Origin: Spirochaetia bacterium UBA5763
GTDB lineage: Bacteria; Spirochaetota; UBA4802; UBA5550
DNA: 64,000 bases
NCBI GenBank assembly: GCA_002418835.1
Contig: DIEX01000026.1
Coordinates: 72,547-136,546, forward strand
Reading direction: 5' to 3'
Position numbers and translations under genes: made by a program. The first letter of the stretch is position 1, and each line of letters opens with the position of its first letter. A model generated the notes under the pieces. That model searched no databases. It was not told the DNA's origin and saw only the letters and a list, made by a program, of their open reading frames with translations. This document shows, piece after piece, positions 1-9,350 of this stretch.

Positions 1-1700
1 TTATCCCCCCATAAACATGCCTCATCAAAGCTCTCCTGATCCAGCAGCCCGGAAAGAATCCTCCAGGGTTCCTTTATGGCACGCTCTCCACCTGGAAGAG
101 GGAACTGTGAAAGGTGACCTCTTCTCCCGAAAGAGTGAAGATCGCCGGTAATTATCTCCCCGCCCCAGATAGTCCCATCTGTGCCGTAACCTGTACCATC
201 AAAAATAATACCCGCAGCCTCACCCTTCACCCCGTTCTCATAATAACATGAAAGGAAGTGTGCATAGTGATGCTGCACCCGTAGCAGCTTTATATTTTTT
301 TTCTCAGAGTATCCAACTGCAAATGATGTTGATTCGTAATCGGGATGAAGGTCCGCAACAACTGCATCAGGCTGTACATCGTAATAGCCGAGCATCTCTT
401 CAATTGTTTCGCAGAAGTGTGTAAATGTCTCCGGTGTTTCAAGATCTCCGATATGGTTGCTTGTTACCAGCTTATCCTCAGATGCAACAGATATATTGCT
501 TTTAAGTTCAGCACCCAAAGATAGTATCTTCTTCGGGGTTGATTCAGGGAGCTTTATCGGGAAGGGCATTTTCCCGCGGCCCATCCTAACATTAATATCC
601 TCTCCTTTATATATCCAGGAGATACTGTCATCCGCACGCTTAAGAATTCTTCTGTTATGTGTGAGGAACACATCAACAATTGCATTGAGCTCCTGCTTTG
701 CCTTATCATCATCTATGATGAGAGGATCTCCGGAGATATTAGCGCTTGTCATAACAAGAGGTATATTCACGCGGTCAAGTATAAGCTGGTGCAGAGGAGT
801 ATATGCAATCATGATCCCCAGATAGCCGTTGTCCGGCGCGATATTCCCGGCAATGCCGCTCCCCGGTTTAATCCTCACAATAACAATCGGAGAGACTTTC
901 GACTTCAGAAGCTTCTCCTCTTCAGCAGATACATCTGCATACTCCCGTGCTGCTTCAACTGACCTGAACATAAGAGCAAAGGGTTTACCGGGTCTCCTCT
1001 TCCTTTCGCGGAGGAGAGCCACCGCATCGAAATCTATGGCTGAACATGCTATATGGTAACCCCCAAGTCCCTTGATCGCCGCAACCTTCCCTGCAAGGAG
1101 TGCATCAGCAGCTTCATCAAAACCTTTTACAGCAGGGCCGCACACAGGGCAGGAGAAGCCCTCGATGTGATACCTGCGGTCAGAGGGATCGTTATATTCA
1201 GCAGCACACTTTTCGCAGAAAGGGAAATCAGACATGGTGGTCTTCACCCTGTCGTAAGGCATGTCTTTCATATATGTGTATCTGGGTCCGCAGTTACCGC
1301 AGGTGACAAAGGGATACCTGTATCTTCTGTTGCCGGGATCATTAAACTCCTCCCGGCACTGGTCGCACATAGCTATATCAGGCGGAATGCTGAACCGCGT
1401 GGGGCCGTTCTCTTTACTTTCAATTATGACGAATGATTTTTCATCAGGGAGAGCGGGTATCGGCTCTTCATTAAAATATGCAATAAGCGCATTAGGGGGG
1501 AGGAATGTCCGGAATTCATCAATATACTTCTGAACAGATTTTTCAGGCCCCTGAACTTCAATTTCGACAGAATCACGGGTGTTGGCAACAGTACCTGAAA
1601 GTCCGCGCAGAGCCGCTTCCTTTGCAATCGCCGGGCGGAATCCCACACCCTGAACAATACCTTTTACCGTTATTCTCCGTCTTGTAATATTATCTGACAT
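1..1700 (-). CDS. hypF: [NiFe]-hydrogenase maturation carbamoyltransferase HypF. The C-terminal part is cut by the window edge, and the gene is absent from the supplied ORF track.
   Basis: My own translation of the minus strand from the ATG at 1700-1698 gives MSDNITRRRITVKGIVQGVGFRP (acylphosphatase-like). Two zinc-finger pairs follow (CDQCREEF..CGNCGPRY and CEKCAAEY..CPVCGP), then a YrdC-like block (KGLGGYHIAC, RKRRPGKPFALM) and HHYAH/FDGTGYG. The frame stays open to base 1. Confidence 0.9.
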   Translation of the reverse strand, partial: MSDNITRRRITVKGIVQGVGFRPAIAKEAALRGLSGTVANTRDSVEIEVQGPEKSVQKYIDEFRTFLPPNALIAYFNEEPIPALPDEKSFVIIESKENGPTRFSIPPDIAMCDQCREEFNDPGNRRYRYPFVTCGNCGPRYTYMKDMPYDRVKTTMSDFPFCEKCAAEYNDPSDRRYHIEGFSCPVCGPAVKGFDEAADALLAGKVAAIKGLGGYHIACSAIDFDAVALLRERKRRPGKPFALMFRSVEAAREYADVSAEEEKLLKSKVSPIVIVRIKPGSGIAGNIAPDNGYLGIMIAYTPLHQLILDRVNIPLVMTSANISGDPLIIDDDKAKQELNAIVDVFLTHNRRILKRADDSISWIYKGEDINVRMGRGKMPFPIKLPESTPKKILSLGAELKSNISVASEDKLVTSNHIGDLETPETFTHFCETIEEMLGYYDVQPDAVVADLHPDYESTSFAVGYSEKKNIKLLRVQHHYAHFLSCYYENGVKGEAAGIIFDGTGYGTDGTIWGGEIITGDLHSFGRRGHLSQFPLPGGERAIKEPWRILSGLLDQESFDEACLWGD

Positions 1701-1787
1701 AAACCCCTGCCCGGAAATATACGGTATTAGAGAAAAATAAAGATTATTTGTAAATACTTTGTTTTAAAAAAACTGCATTAAATAAAG

Positions 1788-1864
1788 CTCGCGAAGGCGC
1801 AAAGACGCAGTGAAATGCTATAACAGATTTAGAATAATCTTTTTGTACTTTGCGGCTTTGCGAG
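1788..1864. repeat. Imperfect inverted repeat ctcgcgaaggcgcaaag / ctttgcggctttgcgag in the hypF-regulator spacer
   Basis: The arms lie at 1788-1804 and 1848-1864 and are complementary at 14 of 17 positions. The core gcaaagacgc recurs at about 29883-29892. Confidence 0.35.
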
Positions 1865-1881
1865 ATAATATTCTTTTATTG

Positions 1882-3234
1882 TCAGAAGTTAACTTTAAAT
1901 CCCTTCTCTTTGAAAAGTCTGATGCATGAATCAACAACATCCGGTTCAAAATGAATACCCTTATTCTTCAGAAGTTCTTCAAATGCCACATCTATTCCGA
2001 GGGCCGCCCTGTAGGGCCTGTGAGAGGCCATGGCCTCAAGAACATCTGCTACTGCAATAATCCTGGCCTGAATAAGAATCTGATCCTCTTTAATTCCGTT
2101 GGGATATCCTGTGCCGTTAAATTTTTCATGGTGCTGAAGAACTATATCAGCGATTGGCCAGGGAAAATCTATATTCTTTAAAATATCATAGCCCATCTGG
2201 GAATGAGTTTTGATAAGCGCAAACTCAATTTCGTTAATCCTCCCCGGTTTATTAAGTATCTCCGCAGGGATGGCTATCTTCCCAAGGTCATGGATCTGGC
2301 CTGCAAGGTTTACACTCTCAATAATATCACGCTTAAGCCCCATATCCTTGGCAATCTCTTTGGCAATGTCAGCAACCTTCTTCTGATGACCTGCGGTGTA
2401 GGGGTCCCGTGTTTCAACAGTCTTTGTTATGGCTTCAATTGTTCCGTACATGGCACGGGAGAGAGTCTCCATACTCTCCTGAATCTTCCTGTCATACTCC
2501 ACCTGTTGGGTAATGTCCCTTATCACAAGCACAGCTCCTTTCAGTTTGCCCTTATCCATCCATAAAGGTGTTGATGTAAAATCAACAGGTATCTGCCTGG
2601 AAGGAGTTGTGAGGTAATTATTAAACTCAATGTAGTTCATTGACATGGGGAAAAAGATATTATCATCCTCCTTCGCATCGCTGCCGATCTTCACAACTTC
2701 AACTATAGGCTTACCGATTACAGATGGATTCTCCTTCGCCAGCATCCGGAGTCCCGAAGCGTTGACATAAGTAACAAGCCCGTCTCCGTCAACAACTACC
2801 ACTGTATCAACAATGGAATTAAGGATTGTTGACATCCTGCTTTCATCTTCACGTATCCGCTGCTCCATCTGGTGACGGAGTAAAGCCATCTCAATTGTTG
2901 CGCGAAGATCTCTTTTATCAAAGGGCTTTATTATGTAGCCGTAGGCGTTACTCTCTTTAGCTCTTTCTATTGTTGAATAATCAGCAGATGAAGTGATGTA
3001 CACAAAGGGGAGGCTGAATTTACTGTTTATATTTTTTGCTGATTCAATACCGTCAAGTTGCCCCTCAAGATTTATATCCATAAGAACAAGATCCGGCTCC
3101 TTTTCCTCTATAAGAAGGGTAGCCTCTTCTCCGGAGGACACAGCTCCGGCAAGGTTATATCCGATATCCAGAATATATTTCTGTATCAGCCTTGAAGTTA
3201 TCCTGTCATCCTCTACAAGTAGAATATTCCTCAT
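1882..3234 (-). CDS. Response regulator with receiver, PAS-like and HD-GYP (c-di-GMP phosphodiesterase-type) domains
   Basis: The N-terminus MRNILLVEDD..DLVLMDINL..KP is a receiver domain. The C-terminus carries HDLGK and HHEKFNGTGYPNG, the HD-GYP signature. Confidence 0.85.
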   Translation of the reverse strand: MRNILLVEDDRITSRLIQKYILDIGYNLAGAVSSGEEATLLIEEKEPDLVLMDINLEGQLDGIESAKNINSKFSLPFVYITSSADYSTIERAKESNAYGYIIKPFDKRDLRATIEMALLRHQMEQRIREDESRMSTILNSIVDTVVVVDGDGLVTYVNASGLRMLAKENPSVIGKPIVEVVKIGSDAKEDDNIFFPMSMNYIEFNNYLTTPSRQIPVDFTSTPLWMDKGKLKGAVLVIRDITQQVEYDRKIQESMETLSRAMYGTIEAITKTVETRDPYTAGHQKKVADIAKEIAKDMGLKRDIIESVNLAGQIHDLGKIAIPAEILNKPGRINEIEFALIKTHSQMGYDILKNIDFPWPIADIVLQHHEKFNGTGYPNGIKEDQILIQARIIAVADVLEAMASHRPYRAALGIDVAFEELLKNKGIHFEPDVVDSCIRLFKEKGFKVNF

Positions 3235-3581
3235 CTTCCATCCGCATTATCAGCAAATTTACTTTATTTTTAACATCAGCCGGTTTATATCAGATTCATG
3301 CAGGATAAATACTTCTAAAAAATGCAACCATCTCTTAATGTTTGATGTTATATATTTCAGTAGTCTTTATTACCTGCTTTTTATAAGATAATATAATTAT
3401 TTATCACAGTTTCATTTAATTTTTATTATATTTAAATATAAAAGTTTTTTTTAAACAAAAAACTCTTTATCTGTGAAGATACATTTTCTATCATGCTAAT
3501 ACCACATTAAATTCATGCAAAAAAAGATAGACATAAACATTAAACATCATAAATTTACCCGCATTATTTCAGGAGGCAGAA

Positions 3582-6500
3582 ATGCATAGCTTAGGCATTA
3601 ATATAGGTTCATCCAGCATAAAGGCAGTATTGATGGATGAGGAAAAAATGTTATGGCACAGGATTATTGAACATGAAGGTGATTTTCTAACCACGCTGAA
3701 AAATTTTATCACAGGCTCCGATATTCCTGCAGGGACAAAACTCCTTGTAACAGGAACAGAGGGACGCTACCTGATAAACGCCAATAATGTTATTGAATCG
3801 ATCTGTGTTGAAGAGACACTGAGAGAACTGGAAATTGAAACAGACGCAGTTGTCTCCCTTGGCGGGGAGAACTTCGTTGTTTATACAATAGATAATAACG
3901 GAAAAATAATAACAAGTTTTTCCGGAAACAAATGCGCCTCAGGCACAGGTGAATTCTTTAAACAGCAGCTGGGCCGTATGGACATGAAACTCAATGATAT
4001 ATTCAATGTACCTGATACAGCAAAGCCTCACCCTCTCTCTTCGCGATGCTCAGTATTTATGAAGAGCGACTGCACACATAAGCTCAACAAAGGTGAGGCC
4101 ACAAAGGATGACATTGTACTCTCTCTGAGTGATGTAATGGCAACGAAAGTGGCTGACTTCCTTAAACGGGCCAGGATTGAAAAAGGTACAGTTCTTTTAA
4201 CAGGTGGCGTCACCAGAAACAGCCACATGATTAAGTTCATAAAAGAGAAACTACCGGAACTAAAACTTATTATTCCTGAGCAGGCAACATATTTTGAGGC
4301 ATTCGGCGCTGCTCTCCTTGCAGCAAGGTCAGGGAATGAAGTCCCCAGGATCGATATGTTTTTCAAGAAACATGATATAGGTTTCGGAAGATACAAATCC
4401 CTCTCAAGCGCCCTTGGCAGAGTAAAATACATCGAGCCTCTCAGGGGAAAAATTAAACCGGGCGGAGAATATATCCTCGGAATTGACGGGGGTTCAACCA
4501 CTACAAAAGTTGCTCTCATTGACATAGAAACAGATGAGATCGTTGCCGACTATTACGGCAGGACCCACGGCGACCCTGTAAAGGCCCTGAAAAAATGTAT
4601 TGAAGAGGTGCTTATACAGGTTAAGGATCAGACAGGGGGTACAGCTATAAAAGTTTCTGTTGCGGCAACCACCGGTTCATCAAGGGAGATCCTCGGCGTT
4701 TTTATGGAAACACCAGCTGTTTACAATGAGATCATTGCCCATGCAACAGGAACAACATATTTCAAACAGGATATCGACACAATATTTGAAATCGGCGGCC
4801 AGGACGCGAAGTACGTGTATCTCAAAAACATGGTACCCATTGACTACGCGATGAATGAGGCATGTTCTGCAGGTACAGGTTCATTCCTTGAGGAATCAGC
4901 ATCAGGGGACCTGAATATTACGGACGTGCGGCAGATTGGAGACATAGCGCTTCAGGCCGATTCCCCTCTTAAATTCGGAGAGCACTGTTCAGCATTTATA
5001 AACTCCGACATAAGAAAAGCAATTCAGTACGGAGCAACCAGGGAGGATATAACAGCAGGTATCATTACCTCAATTGTTTCAAACTACCTCAACAGGGTTG
5101 TGGGGAACAGGGCTATCGGCCAGAACATAGTTTTACAGGGGGGCGTTGCGAAAAACAAGGCTGTGCCCCTGGCTTTCTCCATGCTTCTCGACAAGGACAT
5201 CACAGTACCTCCAAGCCCCGAACTCCTGGGAGCCTTCGGTGTGGGGATACTTGCAAAGCAGAAGATTGCTGACGGGTTACTTGAAAAGGGATCATTTGAC
5301 CTTGAGCAGATTCTCAATACTGAAATTATATATGAAAGGGAATTCAAGTGCCGCGCATGCGACAACTACTGTTCCATCCGTATTCTCAATGTTAACGGCC
5401 ACAGTTATATGTTCGGCGGCCGCTGTAACAAGTACGCCAACTCGCGCAAGAAGAAAGAGATCAATGAAGCATCAGTATTCAACTATATTGACGCACGCGA
5501 TGAACTGATGTTTAAAGAGATGGTGCCTCCTCGTGAATCATTTGAAAGAAAAAAAGATTATATCGTGGGAGTCCCCAGGGCATTCTCTGTATATACACTC
5601 TGGCCATTCTACTCATGGTTCTTCCATACACTGGGTATTGAAGCAAAACTTTCAGAGGAAATTCTGCAGGAGGGGGTCGCCCGTGTTGAAAGCGCCTACT
5701 GCTTCCCTGCGGAGATTGCACACGGCGCAGTACAGAGCGTAATAAAATCTGAAGCTGATTTTATCTTTGTCCCGCACTTCAGGGATATGCCCAGCTACGA
5801 GGAGGATGTTCACGCGAACTTCTGCCCCATAACGCAGAGCCTCCCGTACTACATCAAAAAAGCATTCACAGAGGTTGATGAAAACCGTCTCCTTTCACCT
5901 GTTGTCACATTCAAATACGGAACTGAAAAGGCGCTTGAAGGGTTCATGGAAATGGCACCGCAACTTGGTGTTTCAACCAGCGAGATTGAGCGCGCTTTCA
6001 AAATAGCTTACAAAAAACAGCATGAATTCTTTACCCGTTACAGAGAACTGGGCAAAGAAGCACTTGAAAGGGCGCGTAAGTCCGATCATCCTGTGATTGC
6101 GCTTCTCGGAAGGCCGTATAACTCCTTTACAAAAGATGCGAACATGGGTATACCGAAAAAATTCGCAAGCCGGGGATACTCCATTATACCTTTTGACATG
6201 CTCCCTTTTGAAGGCTCGGATATATTCAGCAACATGTACTGGTACTACGGCCAGCAGGACATGAAAGCAGCATCACTCCTGAAAGACGAAGATAATATAT
6301 TCATCACGTTTATCTCAAACTTCTCATGCGCTCCTGACTCATTCATGCTGCACTACATCAAGTGGATGATGGGGAGCAAGCCGTTCCTCATTCTCGAACT
6401 TGATTCGCATTCAGCCGATGCGGGGATAGATACACGTGTGGAAGCTTTTCTCGATATCATCGAAGGGTACAGGCTGAAATATAGCGGTAAAGATGAAGAG

Positions 6501-7892
6501 AGATACGACAACGGACTGAGATTTATTAATAATGGGAAAGATAAAATTCATCTCTTTGATACAGTCAATAACAGGAAAATAGATATCTTCGGCAATCCCA
6601 GGGTAAAACTTCTGCTTTCAAATATGGGACGTCTCTCATCTGAACTCCTTGCATCGTCTCTCAGGGGGATCGGGATAAATGCGGATGCAATGCCGCTTCC
6701 GGATATCTACACTCTTCAGGCAGCAAGGAGCTACATGTCAGGAAAGGAATGTCTCCCGTCGCAGCTTGTACTTGGAAGCGCCCTGAAGTACCTTGAATCT
6801 GATAAATACAGGAAAGATGAAATTTACCTGCTGTTTGTACCCACTACAACAGGCCCCTGCAGAACAGGGCAGTACTTTGTATTTTACGAAAACCTTTTCA
6901 GGGACATGGGACTTGAGAACGTAGCAGTTATTACACTGGATTCGGAAAACTCTTATAATGAAATGGGCCCGAATTTTTCACAAAACGCCTGGTGGGGCCT
7001 CGTAATAGCGGACTACATGAAGGATATCGAAACATCTCTCCGTACATGCGCTGTTGATCCTGCCGCAGCAATCGCCAAATATGACGAACTGTGGCATGAG
7101 CTTGGTACAATCGCAGAGAAGGATATCAAAAAATCGATACCGGCACTTGAAAGGATCGCCGCCGAAATTGCAAAGATCCCTCTGAAAAGAAAAGTGGAGG
7201 AGACACCGAAAGTTCTCATAGTTGGAGAGATATACGTGCGTCGGGATGACTTTGCTGTTGACGAACTTGTTCGCCTCATGAGCAAGAGGGGGATCATCGC
7301 AAAAGTTTCAGGTATTACTGAGTGGTTATACTACACCGATTTTGTCCGCTATCACGAAATAATGAAGAAATACAGGCTGCTGCCGTGGTATAAAAAACCG
7401 TTCTCAAAAGAACTGCGGGAGAGGATTCTATTCAGGATTGAATCTATATGGAAAAGTAAAGTAGATCACAAAGTGAAAGAGGCCCTCTCTGCAACGGGGC
7501 TTATACCTCATACTCCGCACAACATGGACGAGATCATGGGCAACGCGCATAAGCATTTTGTAACATGCGAGCTCGATTCAGAAATTTCAATTTCAAGCGG
7601 AGCTGCTTCAACTGCAATGATGCACGACTACTCAGGTGTAATCAACATTTCACCTTTTGCGTGTCTTATAGGCCGTGTAATCGAGGGTCTTATCACACCC
7701 TGGAGCAGGGAACGCAATTACCCGGTAATGTCCCTTGAGGTTGACGGCGCGGTACTCCCGCCGAATATCATCAGCAAGCTTGAGATATTTATGCTTAATG
7801 TTCTGAGGTTCAGGCAGGAGATGGAGGATACGGAACTTGTGGAACACCAGGGATTTGTCGATTCATCATTCAGCAGAAAGATTATAAGGTAA
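3582..7892 (+). CDS. Fused protein with two BcrA/BadF/HgdC-type activase ATPase modules and a 2-hydroxyacyl-CoA-dehydratase-like (DUF2229/HgdB-like) module, of the PlsA/PlsR-like family
   Basis: Two actin-fold ATPase starts are present (LGINIGSSSIKAV..CASGTGEFF and LGIDGGSTTTKVAL..EACSAGTGSFLE). A Cys cluster CRACDNYCSIRI..GGRCNKY follows, then a long dehydratase-like C-terminus. AGGAGG lies 6 nt upstream of the ATG. Confidence 0.8.
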   Translation: MHSLGINIGSSSIKAVLMDEEKMLWHRIIEHEGDFLTTLKNFITGSDIPAGTKLLVTGTEGRYLINANNVIESICVEETLRELEIETDAVVSLGGENFVVYTIDNNGKIITSFSGNKCASGTGEFFKQQLGRMDMKLNDIFNVPDTAKPHPLSSRCSVFMKSDCTHKLNKGEATKDDIVLSLSDVMATKVADFLKRARIEKGTVLLTGGVTRNSHMIKFIKEKLPELKLIIPEQATYFEAFGAALLAARSGNEVPRIDMFFKKHDIGFGRYKSLSSALGRVKYIEPLRGKIKPGGEYILGIDGGSTTTKVALIDIETDEIVADYYGRTHGDPVKALKKCIEEVLIQVKDQTGGTAIKVSVAATTGSSREILGVFMETPAVYNEIIAHATGTTYFKQDIDTIFEIGGQDAKYVYLKNMVPIDYAMNEACSAGTGSFLEESASGDLNITDVRQIGDIALQADSPLKFGEHCSAFINSDIRKAIQYGATREDITAGIITSIVSNYLNRVVGNRAIGQNIVLQGGVAKNKAVPLAFSMLLDKDITVPPSPELLGAFGVGILAKQKIADGLLEKGSFDLEQILNTEIIYEREFKCRACDNYCSIRILNVNGHSYMFGGRCNKYANSRKKKEINEASVFNYIDARDELMFKEMVPPRESFERKKDYIVGVPRAFSVYTLWPFYSWFFHTLGIEAKLSEEILQEGVARVESAYCFPAEIAHGAVQSVIKSEADFIFVPHFRDMPSYEEDVHANFCPITQSLPYYIKKAFTEVDENRLLSPVVTFKYGTEKALEGFMEMAPQLGVSTSEIERAFKIAYKKQHEFFTRYRELGKEALERARKSDHPVIALLGRPYNSFTKDANMGIPKKFASRGYSIIPFDMLPFEGSDIFSNMYWYYGQQDMKAASLLKDEDNIFITFISNFSCAPDSFMLHYIKWMMGSKPFLILELDSHSADAGIDTRVEAFLDIIEGYRLKYSGKDEERYDNGLRFINNGKDKIHLFDTVNNRKIDIFGNPRVKLLLSNMGRLSSELLASSLRGIGINADAMPLPDIYTLQAARSYMSGKECLPSQLVLGSALKYLESDKYRKDEIYLLFVPTTTGPCRTGQYFVFYENLFRDMGLENVAVITLDSENSYNEMGPNFSQNAWWGLVIADYMKDIETSLRTCAVDPAAAIAKYDELWHELGTIAEKDIKKSIPALERIAAEIAKIPLKRKVEETPKVLIVGEIYVRRDDFAVDELVRLMSKRGIIAKVSGITEWLYYTDFVRYHEIMKKYRLLPWYKKPFSKELRERILFRIESIWKSKVDHKVKEALSATGLIPHTPHNMDEIMGNAHKHFVTCELDSEISISSGAASTAMMHDYSGVINISPFACLIGRVIEGLITPWSRERNYPVMSLEVDGAVLPPNIISKLEIFMLNVLRFRQEMEDTELVEHQGFVDSSFSRKIIR

Positions 7893-7918
7893 AAGACCTC
7901 ACCCCGGCCTGACGGCCA

Positions 7919-7940
7919 CCCCTCTCCGCAAGGAGAGGGG
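7919..7940. terminator. GC hairpin between convergent genes (cccctctcc-gcaa-ggagagggg)
   Basis: A perfect 9-bp stem with a GCAA loop sits between the stop at 7892 (+) and the stop at 7950 (-). There is no clear U-tract on either strand. Confidence 0.45.
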
Positions 7941-7949
7941 AAAAACAAA

Positions 7950-8990
7950 TTATTCCATCCCCTCCTGCTGACTTTTCTTAAACTCATCAAGACTTTTACG
8001 AATGTTACTTTTATCGTCCTGAAACTTTTTCATAATCCTGTCATAAGCCTCTTTATATTCAGCCTTGACTTTATCTATAGCCTGTCTGTTTTTTATCTGC
8101 TGTTTAAGAACAGCATCTCCTTTTTTTACTGCGCTTTTAAAACGGCCCGCTGCATCACTCCCTTTGTATTCATCTGAAAGACTGTTCATATTATTGAGAG
8201 ATGCTTCATTCATCATCATACTGTCTTCAAGCTCCGAATCAGCAGCGGCAATCTTTTCGCCTGACTTTTCGAGATCCTCTTTAGTTTTAGATTTTTTTGT
8301 TTCATCTCTCAGGGATTTTATCTTTTCAGCATCTTCAGCGGCATCACCCTCAAAATTATCCATATAGCTCTCGTACTTGTCCGCTCTGTCATCGAGGTTC
8401 TCTTCAATGTTCTCATTCCGCATATTCTCCCATGCGTCACTCTTCACCTTTATTTTCCCTGATACAGGTTCGGATGCCACATCAGCTTCAAGAGATGATC
8501 CCTCTTTAAGATCAATACTTTTATACGGATTACGAACCGCGAGACTACCTTCGTTGAGAACAACATAAGTGTCCCCCCCTTTGCTCACGGCCACATCAAA
8601 TTCAGTACCCCGCACACCGCATACAGTGGTGGGACTCCCGATTTTATATTCACCCTTTTTCAGCTTCCCGAATTTCCCCTTAACTTCACCTGAAACCACG
8701 GAAATTCCATCTGAATCTTTAAGGTTTTTACTCCCTATCTGAACAGTTGATTGAGCCTGAACTGTAATTGTACTTTTCTCGTCAAGGGAAAGCTCAACTA
8801 TCGCACCTTTACCTGTTTTTAAAATGTCACCATTCCCCACTATATCGCCCACTTTAACAGGGAGAGCCTTCCCGCTTCTAACGAGAGAGACCTGCCCGAT
8901 AAAAAATTTAACACTCATTGCAGAGGCACCTGCAGGCATTACGAGAATAATTGCTAAAACCGCAAATACAAAACGGATTGAAGGCTTCAT
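7950..8990 (-). CDS. Secreted FecR-domain protein with a charged coiled-coil C-terminal half
   Basis: The signal peptide is MKPSIRFVFAVLAIILVMPAGASA. A FecR-like block reads GQVSLVRSGKALPVKVGDIVGNGDILKTGKGAIVELSLDEKSTITV. The C-terminus is rich in K, E and D. Confidence 0.6.
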   Translation of the reverse strand: MKPSIRFVFAVLAIILVMPAGASAMSVKFFIGQVSLVRSGKALPVKVGDIVGNGDILKTGKGAIVELSLDEKSTITVQAQSTVQIGSKNLKDSDGISVVSGEVKGKFGKLKKGEYKIGSPTTVCGVRGTEFDVAVSKGGDTYVVLNEGSLAVRNPYKSIDLKEGSSLEADVASEPVSGKIKVKSDAWENMRNENIEENLDDRADKYESYMDNFEGDAAEDAEKIKSLRDETKKSKTKEDLEKSGEKIAAADSELEDSMMMNEASLNNMNSLSDEYKGSDAAGRFKSAVKKGDAVLKQQIKNRQAIDKVKAEYKEAYDRIMKKFQDDKSNIRKSLDEFKKSQQEGME

Positions 8991-9014
8991 ATACTCCTCC
9001 GGAAGTAATTTTAT

Positions 9015-9132
9015 CTATAGCAGTTAACGATTGAAATAAAGCGAATCTGTCATTTCGAAGAAGCGACAGCGACTGAGAAATCTGTCTTTTTGGATCACTT
9101 TTGAGATTTCTCACATACGTTCGAAATGACAG
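9015..9132. repeat. Interspersed element, locus A. Two inverted copies of the CTGTCATTT..TGAGAAATC unit plus a 32-bp flank shared with locus B.
   Basis: Unit A1 at 9047-9083 is ctgtcatttcgaagaagcgacagcgactgagaaatct. Unit A2 at 9103-9132 is the reverse orientation (gagatttctcacatacgttcgaaatgacag). The reverse complement of 9015-9046 closely matches 18387-18418. Confidence 0.8.
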
Positions 9133-9350
9133 TACCTAAATAATTCGTCAGCTGTTTTAATATAAAATAACAGCCTGATAATTACAACAAATTAAATTCA
9201 GCATAAACGGGTTTAATTGAATCATCTCTTCTCAAAAATCTTTCCGGTAATTCTTTAAAAAATTTTTCAACAACCTGCGATTCAGATCGTATTAATTTTT
9301 AAGATTGCTTGACAGCAATACTGTAAATGTAATATTTTCAGGAGACAGGG

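Noticed and set aside
457-1687. A stack of overlapping plus-strand ORFs (60-127 aa), plus a 77-aa minus-strand ORF in another frame
   Set aside because: They all lie within a long, motif-rich minus-strand HypF reading frame that runs from the ATG at 1700 to base 1. Their sequences are low-complexity and antisense-like (S/L/R/P-rich).
4028-4525. 165-aa minus-strand ORF. Similar antisense ORFs occur at 10466-11014, 18793-19191, 20527-21018 and 23722-24096.
   Set aside because: Each is embedded antisense in a longer ORF with domain motifs or a coherent architecture. None has an RBS or a motif.
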